A stretch of 35,127 nucleotides of DNA. Origin: an uncultured Candidatus Saccharibacteria bacterium. Lineage in GTDB: Bacteria > Patescibacteriota > Saccharimonadia > Saccharimonadales > JAGQNJ01. The DNA lies in NCBI GenBank assembly GCA_964504275.1, contig CAZDDV010000008.1, forward strand, positions 1-35,127, read 5' to 3'. Positions 26,783-35,127 of this stretch are shown here, one piece after another. Numbering within the stretch: the first letter of the stretch is position 1; each line of letters begins with the position of its first letter. Below the pieces are notes generated by a model that ran no database searches, was not told where the DNA came from, and saw only the letters and a program-made list of their open reading frames with translations. The position numbers were made by a program, and so were the translations under genes.

Positions 26783-28585
26783 TTACAGTTTCCGTGCAAC
26801 CGACTCTCGAGTAAAAAGCTCCAGTCGGTCACCTTCTTCGACCACCACCTTCGAATTAGTTTTAAGTTGCAGGCCACACATATCGCCTTCGATCGCTTCT
26901 TTAACTTCTTGCGGTCCTTTTTTGAGGCTCATCATTTCGGCCTCGGCCAGAACCTCATCACCCCTGGTAATTCGCACGAGTGCTGGCATTGATAACTTGC
27001 CTTTTGTGACTTCGCCACCACAGATAATCTCAGTCTTAGTAGTGTTGAAAACACCCTTAACGATTAATCGCCCCAGAGATGTTTCTACTATTTCAGGTGC
27101 GAGCATACCTGTTAATTGTTCTTTAACGTCATCAATTAGTTCATAGATAACAGAAAATAGCTTGATCGAGACTTTGTCTCGTGAGGCGTGTTGCTTCACT
27201 GTTGTTGGCATGCCAACATGGAAACCGTAAATCATTGCATTACTGGTGTGTGCCAAGTGTAAATCTGTTTCATTTACATCGCCGACACCTGAGCTTACGA
27301 TTCGCACGGAGACTTCTTCGTTCTCAAGCGTCTTTAAGCTATCAATCACAGATGTTAATGATCCTTTAACGTCAGCTTTGACAACAATTGGCAACTCGGT
27401 AACTGTCATATTGCGATTTATCATTCGCATTAACTCACTGCTGGTATCAACACCGGTTCTAGACTCGGCTTTATTATCGCGAACGGACTGCTCTGTCAGG
27501 GTGCGAGCTTCTTTTTCGGAAGCTACAACCTGAAACTCATCGCCAAATTCTGGCAACTTTTTAAATCCTGTAATAATTGCTGGTGTAGACGGACCAGCGG
27601 ATTTCATCAGCCTGTTTTGCATGTCCTCTAGATTACGCACTTTGGCATACGTTGTGCCCGCAACAACAAACTCTCCTTGTTTAAGCGTTCCTGTTTCGAC
27701 GAGTACGACTGCGATTGGTCCGCGCCCCTGTTCCATATGCGCTTCTATAACCAAGCCTGTTGCAGGAATATCAACATCAGCCTTGAGCTCTTCGATGTCA
27801 GCAACCAATAGTACAGTACTAAGCAAGTCTTCGATTCCGTCGCTCGTTTTGGCACTTACGGCCACCATCGGCACATCACCACGCCATATTTTATCGTCAG
27901 GAATAACGCCATTTTCGGCGAGTTGACCCTTAACGACGTCGGCATTTGCGGATTCTTTGTCCATTTTATTTATTGCAACAACCATCTTAACGCCGGCCTT
28001 TTTAGCAAATCGAATCGCTTCAAGTGTTTGAGGTTTTACGCCGTCATCGGCAGCGACCACAATGATCACAACATCGGTCAGTTGTGCTCCGTGCTCTCGC
28101 AAGGCAGCAAAAGCCTCGTGGCCGGGAGTATCAAGGAACGTAATTTTTCGGGCGATTCCATTTGATGTATGTTCGACTTGATACGCCGAAATGTGCTGGG
28201 TAATACCGCCCGCTTCACCCTTTGTAACCTCTGAGCCGCGGATAGCGTCAAGCAAACTGGTTTTGCCGTGATCAACGTGACCCATAACTGCGACCACTGG
28301 TGGTCGAGATGCTGCTGTGTCACTAGCCACTTTTTTGGCACGGTGCTGGCTGATCTTTGTTTCTTCTTCTTTCTTAGAGAGTTCGATCTCTAACCCAAGC
28401 TCACCAACAATAATCTGAGCGGTGTCAAAATCAATTCGCTCATTTACCGTCACCATAACACCATTCTTGAACAATTCGCCGATCAATTTCGTGGCCGGGA
28501 TCATAAGTTTTTCGGCAAGCGCACCAACGGTGATCGAGTCTTCGATTTCGATGATTGTCTTCTCTGCTTCGTCTGTCTCCGACAT
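26783..28585 (-). CDS. infB: Translation initiation factor IF-2 (short N-terminus)
   Basis: [45 protein letters not shown]; AAGGAGG SD. Confidence 0.98.
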   Translation of the reverse strand: MSETDEAEKTIIEIEDSITVGALAEKLMIPATKLIGELFKNGVMVTVNERIDFDTAQIIVGELGLEIELSKKEEETKISQHRAKKVASDTAASRPPVVAVMGHVDHGKTSLLDAIRGSEVTKGEAGGITQHISAYQVEHTSNGIARKITFLDTPGHEAFAALREHGAQLTDVVIIVVAADDGVKPQTLEAIRFAKKAGVKMVVAINKMDKESANADVVKGQLAENGVIPDDKIWRGDVPMVAVSAKTSDGIEDLLSTVLLVADIEELKADVDIPATGLVIEAHMEQGRGPIAVVLVETGTLKQGEFVVAGTTYAKVRNLEDMQNRLMKSAGPSTPAIITGFKKLPEFGDEFQVVASEKEARTLTEQSVRDNKAESRTGVDTSSELMRMINRNMTVTELPIVVKADVKGSLTSVIDSLKTLENEEVSVRIVSSGVGDVNETDLHLAHTSNAMIYGFHVGMPTTVKQHASRDKVSIKLFSVIYELIDDVKEQLTGMLAPEIVETSLGRLIVKGVFNTTKTEIICGGEVTKGKLSMPALVRITRGDEVLAEAEMMSLKKGPQEVKEAIEGDMCGLQLKTNSKVVVEEGDRLELFTRESVARKL

Positions 28586-28654
28586 GTCTTGCCTCCTTCC
28601 TTATGATTTTCTTGTTGATGTATGCTGCACTGTATCTGTAAATTGCTCTAAATT

Positions 28655-29710
28655 TTAGCCTTTAAGACTTAGGGCGATTTTACGAGCATCAGTATCGATA
28701 TCTAACACCTTGAATGTTTTCTTTTCGTTCAGTTGGAATAGTTTTTCTGGGTCAACACTGTCGTCGTCGCTCATCTCTGATACGTGTACGAGCGCTTCGA
28801 CTGACGGAGAAAGCTGCACAAATGCACCAAACGGTGTAATTCGGGTAATTTTACCCTCGACGTTGGCGCCTTTTTTGAATGCCTTTACTTCTTGTAGCCA
28901 CGGATCTTCTTGCATTTGCTTCAAGCTCAAACTCAAGCGATCTTTGTCGATAGCAATGATTTTAGCCTTAACGTCTTCGCCAACCTTGACGTATTTCTTA
29001 GGGTCTTCAACACGTTCCCATGAAATCTCAGAGATGTGAATCAACCCTTCGATACCGTCAACGTTTACGAATGCGCCAAAGTCGATAACTCCAGTAATAA
29101 CGCCGTCGACTTCATCGCCAACGCTAAGTTTGGTGAATCGATTCTGCAGTTCGTCTTTGATTGCTTCTTTTTCGGACACAATCAATTTGTTTTCTTTGCG
29201 GCTCACGTCCAACACGCGCACTTTAAGCGTCTTTTTGGTCAGAGCGTTAAGCTTTTGCAGTATCTCGTCTTTGTCGGCACCAGAGACGCGAGGATAGTTG
29301 CCTGCGGCAAGTTGTGACACCGGCAAGAAGCCACGAATGCCTTCAACTTCTACTAACAGTCCGCCACGATTTGCGTCGTACGGGGTAATTTCGATGATTT
29401 CTTGGGCTTCAAATACTCGCTGGAGTTCGTCCCAGCCACGATCTTTAGCAGCGCGGCGCATACTCAAAATCGCCCAGCCTTCGTCGGTTTCAGGCTCGAT
29501 CACGCTTACTGTTGTCTTTTCGCCCACCTTTAGATTTGCAGCGCCGGTAATCTCGCGACGTCCGACCACACCAACACCGTTGGCGCCAAGGTCAATCCAG
29601 ACCTCGTTCTTTTTTACTTCAGTTATAACTCCCTCAACGACATCACTTGCCTTGAGAGCTTTTACATCGGATGCTTCGAGAAGCTCATCCATACTTATTG
29701 CTTTTGACAT
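28655..29710 (-). CDS. rpsA: 30S ribosomal protein S1 (four S1 domains)
   Basis: GFLPVSQL, FGAFV..GIEGLIHISEISW, FGAFV...EALVHVSE repeats. Start set at MSKAISMDELL behind AAGGAGG. Confidence 0.95.
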   Translation of the reverse strand: MSKAISMDELLEASDVKALKASDVVEGVITEVKKNEVWIDLGANGVGVVGRREITGAANLKVGEKTTVSVIEPETDEGWAILSMRRAAKDRGWDELQRVFEAQEIIEITPYDANRGGLLVEVEGIRGFLPVSQLAAGNYPRVSGADKDEILQKLNALTKKTLKVRVLDVSRKENKLIVSEKEAIKDELQNRFTKLSVGDEVDGVITGVIDFGAFVNVDGIEGLIHISEISWERVEDPKKYVKVGEDVKAKIIAIDKDRLSLSLKQMQEDPWLQEVKAFKKGANVEGKITRITPFGAFVQLSPSVEALVHVSEMSDDDSVDPEKLFQLNEKKTFKVLDIDTDARKIALSLKG

Positions 29711-29780
29711 GATAAATCCATGCCTCCTTATGAGTGCTGCGGTAACCCGTGGGTCAATACTCCGATCAGACTTGAGTGTC

Positions 29781-29809
29781 ATTATATCTGTTATCACCCC
29801 TAGTGTCAA
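29781..29809 (-). promoter_or_regulatory. Perfect consensus sigma70 promoter of rpsA-infB
   Basis: TTGACA-17 nt-TATAAT. Confidence 0.88.
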
Positions 29810-29868
29810 AACATAAACAATGCGTTCTGTCTGGCGCTTTAATCAACCAAAATGCTATACTAAAGATT

Positions 29869-30690
29869 ATGTATTTGGCGGTTGATATTGGGGGTACTAA
29901 GACGTTAATGGCGGTATTCGACGCCAACGGCAAGGTTACCTCACAGCTAAAATTTGCAACACCGAAAGAATATCCTGCCTTTTTAGAGGCGCTCACCCAA
30001 ACATTCGAAAAGCTTGAAACTAATGGCATTACAGAGATAATAGCTGCGGTGCCGGGCAGACTTGACCGAGAAAACGGCAAAGTCCTTGGATACGGCACGC
30101 TTCCCTGGCCGCCAGCGACAATACGTAGCGACCTACAAAAGGCGCTCAATAATCTGCCTGTGACAATAGAAAATGATGCAAAATTAGCTGGCCTGTCCGA
30201 GGGAATCATTATCATAAATGAGTTTAAGAAGGTGCTTTATATAACAATAAGCACCGGGATCAGCAATGCTCTTATCGTAAATGGTGTTATTGACCCATCA
30301 TTGCGTGATAGCGAAGGTGGTCAAGTCCTTATTGAAGAAAACGGCCAACTCAAGCAATGGGAAGATGTCGCTTCCGGCCGCGCTATCGTAGCAAAATATG
30401 GCAAACGAGCCAGCGAACTTGACGACCCGAAAGCTTGGGAAGAAATTGCAAGCAATATCGCTATCGGTGTTATTGATCTACTAGCAATTCTCCAGCCAGA
30501 GGTCGTCGTATTTGGTGGTGGCGTTGGTGCTCATTTTAAAAAGTTCGAGAAACCTCTCACGGCTACATTACACAAACTCGCAAGCTCCGTCATGACTGTT
30601 CCCCCTCTAAGAGTTGCGAGGCGAGCAGAAGAAGCTGTCATTTATGGTTGCTACGAACTAGCGAAGCAAGCACATGGAACGTCTTCTTAA
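29869..30690 (+). CDS. ROK family sugar kinase
   Basis: AVDIGGTK, AVPG, IENDA, ITISTGI, E...SG, GGGV; no N-terminal HTH. Start set at ATG 29869, 7 nt after TGcTATACT. Confidence 0.92.
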   Translation: MYLAVDIGGTKTLMAVFDANGKVTSQLKFATPKEYPAFLEALTQTFEKLETNGITEIIAAVPGRLDRENGKVLGYGTLPWPPATIRSDLQKALNNLPVTIENDAKLAGLSEGIIIINEFKKVLYITISTGISNALIVNGVIDPSLRDSEGGQVLIEENGQLKQWEDVASGRAIVAKYGKRASELDDPKAWEEIASNIAIGVIDLLAILQPEVVVFGGGVGAHFKKFEKPLTATLHKLASSVMTVPPLRVARRAEEAVIYGCYELAKQAHGTSS

Positions 30691-31171
30691 AAAACTTGTT
30701 CAGGATTTTCCCGACTTTACCTTTATTTCTGGTGAACAATTCTATTGGTCACCGCAACAACGTAGAATTATATACAACACTAGCCGCCAGAACGACACCA
30801 TTGACTGCTGGTCACTCCTGCACGAACTCGGTCATGCAGTCCTAGATCATGCATCGTACGATTCTGACTTAGAACTTGTCGAGATGGAAAGCCAAGCATG
30901 GGATAAAGCCGAACAACTTAGCAAAACCTACGGTATCGACATCGACGAAAATCACATTCAAGACTGTCTGGATACTTACCGTGACTGGCTGCACCAGCGA
31001 AGTGCTTGCCCGAAATGCGGTAATCGTAGTTTTCAGCAAAACAGCCACGAATATCACTGCTTTAACTGTGCTAGCGAATGGAAAGTTTCGTCATCAAGAT
31101 TCTGTCGCCCTTATCGCATGAAAGCCAAATCAAAAACGTCGCCCTCGGGTTCGAAGACGACGTTTGTTTAA
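30674..31171 (+). CDS. HExxH metallopeptidase-like (ImmA/IrrE-like) protein with C-terminal zinc ribbon
   Basis: LLHELGH...E..AW and CPKC...CFNC; overlaps the ROK gene end. Confidence 0.8.
   Translation: MERLLKKLVQDFPDFTFISGEQFYWSPQQRRIIYNTSRQNDTIDCWSLLHELGHAVLDHASYDSDLELVEMESQAWDKAEQLSKTYGIDIDENHIQDCLDTYRDWLHQRSACPKCGNRSFQQNSHEYHCFNCASEWKVSSSRFCRPYRMKAKSKTSPSGSKTTFV
31134..31165 (-). terminator. Intrinsic terminator, probably bidirectional
   Basis: Minus strand AAACGUCGUCUUCG-AACC-CGAGGGCGACGUUU followed by further U; lies between convergent genes. Confidence 0.75.
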
Positions 31172-31184
31172 AAACTAGTTTAAA

Positions 31185-31382
31185 TTAAACTGTTTTCTTT
31201 GTGCGGCGTGAAATTCGGCCACCTTTTGCACCAGCTGCACGAGCTAGTTCACGGTTAGCGAAAAATCCACCAGTACGGCCTTTTTTGCCGCCCATAGCAC
31301 CGATTTTTGCATAAAAATCTGCACCGTATTTAGTTTTGTTTGTTGAAGCAGCAGCTTTGCCGCCGTCTTTAGTTCCAGCCAT
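31185..31382 (-). CDS. KGG-repeat general stress protein (GsiB/YciG-like)
   Basis: MAGTKDGGK...FYAKIGAMGGKKG...ARAAGAKGGRIS; GGGAGG SD before ATG 31382. Confidence 0.88.
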   Translation of the reverse strand: MAGTKDGGKAAASTNKTKYGADFYAKIGAMGGKKGRTGGFFANRELARAAGAKGGRISRRTKKTV

Positions 31383-31501
31383 GTTGTTAGCCTCCCTTGA
31401 TTGATATGGTGCCCACCACGTATGCCAGAGAGAAGAAAAAGATCGCACGCCTGCAATGAATGCTTCGTACGACCCTCTGTTCCATCTCCGGAATTACGCT
31501 T

Positions 31502-31530
31502 ATGATATCATTATGTATTGCTTATGTCAA
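31502..31530 (-). promoter_or_regulatory. Sigma70-type promoter of the KGG gene
   Basis: TTGACA-17 nt-TATCAT with extended -10 TG. Confidence 0.75.
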
Positions 31531-31554
31531 TAACTTTGCACCGTTGAGCTATTG

Positions 31555-31767
31555 TTAGGCTACTTTTGAAAGATGGCTAGCAACACCCTGGGAATATTCA
31601 CGTAATAGCCCGTTTATTACGCTTCGCTTGAAAGGTTCTGTTTGCAACACATCTTTTACAACACTAGCCTGGTAGTCTCGTTCCTCTTCGGGCATTTCAG
31701 CGTCTTCGGCAGCTTGAGTCACGACAAATTCGTGAAGATCGTTGATTGTTTCTTTGATTGCACTCAT
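31555..31767 (-). CDS. Small hypothetical protein (70 aa)
   Basis: Own TTGACA-17 nt-TAATAT promoter (31819-31847), A-rich leader, plausible helical composition. Confidence 0.7.
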   Translation of the reverse strand: MSAIKETINDLHEFVVTQAAEDAEMPEEERDYQASVVKDVLQTEPFKRSVINGLLREYSQGVASHLSKVA

Positions 31768-31900
31768 ATTTTTGGGTTTCTTTTTGTGTTAATGTTTGTT
31801 TTATTGCTTAACAAATCTATATTAGCATAAGCACTATTTATTGTCAATATTGTTGTATTGTTGCTACGGTTTTTGGGCTATTTTAAGTTATAATTGAGCT

Positions 31901-32269
31901 ATGCCCCGAGAAATGGATTTATCAATCAAGACAATCGATCAGTTTATAGCTAAATATCCCAAAGATACTCAGACAATCATGCAAAAGATGCGCCAGACCA
32001 TCCACGAAGTCGTCCCCGATGCGACCGAAAAAATGAGCTACGGAATTCCAACCTTTGCCTTAAACGGCAAAAACCTGGTACATTTTAGCACTTATGCCAA
32101 GCACATCGGATTTTACCCTGGCGCAATTGTTACACAGTTCGCCAATGAGCTAAAAAATTATAAAACCAGCAAGGGTACAGTCCAGTTCCCGCTCGACAAA
32201 CCAGTCCCCTACGATCTAATCCAAAAAATCACTCTCGCCGCCATCGACCGCAATTCTTCCAAAAAATAA
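31901..32269 (+). CDS. DUF1801 (YdhG-like) protein
   Basis: E.MSYGIPTF, HIGFYP, SKGTVQFP.DKP.PYDLI. Confidence 0.9.
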   Translation: MPREMDLSIKTIDQFIAKYPKDTQTIMQKMRQTIHEVVPDATEKMSYGIPTFALNGKNLVHFSTYAKHIGFYPGAIVTQFANELKNYKTSKGTVQFPLDKPVPYDLIQKITLAAIDRNSSKK

Positions 32270-32617
32270 CTACTTTTTTTGGAAGAATACGAGTTTGTAG
32301 CCGTCGGGATCGCTGATCATGGTTTCGCGGCGACCTGTTTTGTAATCTTCTGGTTTGGTTGGCTTAAGTTTTTTCTCTGTTAATTGCTTACAAGTTTCGT
32401 CAACATCAGCCACGCTGACGTATAGATACTGACCGTCGTTCCCTGTTGCACGGTATTCGTGCGCCTGAACAAAGTCTAACCAGAACCAGTTTACTCTAAC
32501 GGAGGCCAGATCGGCTTCGCGCTTGGCGACCAAAAACCCCAAATCCTCATAAAAATCCGCACTCTTAACCGGATCCTTCACCATGAATATCAACCCCGAA
32601 ACACTATTCAACTTCAT
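32270..32617 (-). CDS. VOC/glyoxalase family protein
   Basis: V.D...S..FY..LGF, V.DVD, GRRE....DPDGY.L.F. Confidence 0.9.
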   Translation of the reverse strand: MKLNSVSGLIFMVKDPVKSADFYEDLGFLVAKREADLASVRVNWFWLDFVQAHEYRATGNDGQYLYVSVADVDETCKQLTEKKLKPTKPEDYKTGRRETMISDPDGYKLVFFQKK

Positions 32618-32658
32618 GGAGTTATTATAACATTCTATATTTCGGGTATAATAAACGT

Positions 32659-32685
32659 ATGGCGAAGAAATTTACTGGCTTTTAG
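32659..32685 (+). CDS. Putative leaderless 8-aa uORF (MAKKFTGF) upstream of ybaK
   Basis: TATAAT (32647-32652), then 6 nt, then ATG: the same geometry as other leaderless starts in this window. Confidence 0.5.
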   Translation: MAKKFTGF

Positions 32686-32733
32686 ATCAACTCCTGCTTT
32701 ATTGTTAATATTCTTTAATTTAAGGAGTCCTTT

Positions 32734-33264
32734 ATGAAGTTAGGAAAATTAGAATTTGGATCTGTTAAAGATAGCAAAAACTTAATTGGCAAGCCAACCA
32801 TACAAGCCATCGAGTCCAACAATCTTCAAGATGTTTTGGTCGCTCAAATCGATCCCGGCCTCTCTGATACGACGGCTTTTTGCGAACACTATCAGTACGA
32901 TATGGATAAAACCGTGAACTGCGTGATTCTTGAAGCGAAGCGCGCAGACAAATTATGGTATGCCGCTTGCCTAGTAAGGGGAACGGAGCGTGTCGATGTT
33001 AACGGCATTGTCCGTCGCGAGCTCGATGCCCGAAAGATATCGTTTACCTCAATGGATAAGGCTGTTTCACTTACTGGTATGGAATACGGCGCCATTAACC
33101 CGATTGGCTTGCCAGCTGATTGGCCAATCTTGGTTGATGATGCCGTTTCCCGGCTGGAACACACCATTGTAGGGAGCGGTATTAGGGGGTCTAAACTGTT
33201 GGTATCTGGCAGTTTTCTAGGCTCGCTACCCAATGCGACAGTTCTTAATATCGTTAAGGGTTAA
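32734..33264 (+). CDS. YbaK/EbsC family aminoacyl-tRNA deacylase-like protein
   Basis: DT.AFCE.Y, NCV, RK.SF..MD.AV.LTGMEYG.I.PIGLP..WPILVD, GSG.R.SKL; TAAGGAG SD. Confidence 0.9.
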   Translation: MKLGKLEFGSVKDSKNLIGKPTIQAIESNNLQDVLVAQIDPGLSDTTAFCEHYQYDMDKTVNCVILEAKRADKLWYAACLVRGTERVDVNGIVRRELDARKISFTSMDKAVSLTGMEYGAINPIGLPADWPILVDDAVSRLEHTIVGSGIRGSKLLVSGSFLGSLPNATVLNIVKG

Positions 33265-33281
33265 CGATTAGAGAAGCTGGA

Positions 33282-33310
33282 AGAAAAGGCGGATTTATTT
33301 CGCTTTTTCT
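33282..33310 (+). terminator. Hairpin/terminator after ybaK
   Basis: AGAAAAGGCGG-ATTTAT-TTCGCTTTTTCT. Confidence 0.65.
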
Positions 33311-33319
33311 GACTTAACT

Positions 33320-33376
33320 TTCGGGAGAGGAGCAGCCCGAGCAAACGAATTTACTTCGTTCACCGGCGCGTTGAGA
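33320..33376 (+). repeat. Dispersed ~57-nt structured repeat, copy B
   Basis: TTCGGGAGAGGAGCAGCCCGAGCAAACGAATTTACTTCGTTCACCGGCGCGTTGAGA; similar to 13246-13302 (minus strand). Confidence 0.65.
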
Positions 33377-33399
33377 GGAGGAGTTATTTTTTCTCAAAA

Positions 33400-33431
33400 G
33401 CAAAGAACCACCCCTAGAGGTGGTTCTTTGC
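33400..33431 (-). terminator. Second rRNA-operon terminator
   Basis: 13-bp perfect stem GCAAAGAACCACC/GGTGGTTCTTTGC followed by TTTT on the minus strand. Confidence 0.8.
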
Positions 33432-33523
33432 ATAATTTGGCACCCCTAGCCCACTCAAGATGTTGGATGGGCGGCTATTTTCTATTGTTTTCTGCTGGGA
33501 AAATAGCACGGCGACCAAAAGAA

Positions 33524-33545
33524 AAAGAGTCCTTTCGGACTCTTT
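33524..33545 (-). terminator. First rRNA-operon terminator
   Basis: AAAGAGUCC-GAAA-GGACUCUUU followed by UUCUUUU immediately after 5S. Confidence 0.85.
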
Positions 33546-33552
33546 CACTATA

Positions 33553-33669
33553 ATTTGGCACCGTGCTATTTTCCCAGGGGTGAACCCCCAAGTATTGTAA
33601 CCGCTGAGAGGCTTAACTGCTGTGTTCGGCATGGGAACAGGTGTTTCCCTCTCGCTATGGGCACCAAAT
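33553..33669 (-). rRNA. rrf: 5S ribosomal RNA
   Basis: ACACCUGUUCCCAUGCCGAACACAGCAGUUAAG core; complementary ends UUUGGUGC/GUGCCAAA. Ends are approximate. Confidence 0.97.
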
Positions 33670-33691
33670 TTGCGCTTCGTCCCGAAGCGCG

Positions 33692-33760
33692 GTATGAAGT
33701 ATGACGTATTAAGTATCACGGGGGTTAGCTCCGTTATACGTTATACGTTATACGTTATAC
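33692..33760 (-). repeat. Heptamer tandem repeat (GTATAAC)x4 with a degenerate complementary arm in the 23S-5S spacer
   Basis: Plus strand CGTTATA x4 at 33732-33759; partner heptamers at 33692-33719. Confidence 0.8.
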
Positions 33761-34002
33761 TCACGCCTCATTAGAGGCGGATATTGGTGTCCATGTTTTT
33801 CGCACGGGTTTGGGATGTAAATTCTATAATTTTCTGAATATTCTCTGTTACTTTGTTTAAAAACAAACGGTTTTGGAGTCTATCGTTGTTAGAATTACTT
33901 CTAATTAACAGATAAACACCAATAACTAGTCAATGCACTTAATCGTTCCACAAGAAACGCAGGTTACCATACAAGTATGAAAACTACGTTACTTATGGTC
34001 GT

Positions 34003-35127
<1,125 letters not shown>

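Noticed and set aside
340-33264. Genetic code 25 (TGA = Gly)
   Set aside because: All conserved proteins are uninterrupted under code 11; no in-frame TGA is needed.
33692-33760. CRISPR array
   Set aside because: 7-nt tandem units with no spacers and no cas genes.
33770-33930. Open frame of about 50 codons on the minus strand of the 23S-5S spacer
   Set aside because: No convincing start or SD, AT-rich, no recognisable motif.

Overview
This window looks like core chromosome from a Candidatus Saccharibacteria (TM7/CPR)-type bacterium. The assignment is an inference from gene order, short IF2/S1/Adk proteins, a DUF5663-like gene and CPR-style surface proteins. I find 34 complete CDS plus one partial, mostly on the minus strand: LCP, lepB, parAB, maf, a tail-fibre-like surface protein with an S74-type chaperone motif, rplU, T-box/cupin/ileS, nrdR-nrdJ, ftsA-ftsZ, rpsU-yqeY-adk-map, priA-def-fmt, rpsA-infB, ROK, small stress genes and ybaK. 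The window ends in the 3' part of an rRNA operon (23S partial, 5S). No transposase, integrase, CRISPR array or tRNA was seen. The most unusual signals are non-coding: (1) an ileS T-box whose terminator stem appears to enclose the antiterminator instead of sharing its 3' strand; (2) a structured 5S-derived element behind the 5S gene; (3) a dispersed ~57-nt repeat; (4) a leaderless 8-codon uORF placed to unmask the ybaK Shine-Dalgarno; (5) a recurring AGCATAAGCR-like promoter motif; (6) many apparently leaderless starts; (7) no TGA stop codons at all. All calls were made by eye with no database search or folding program.
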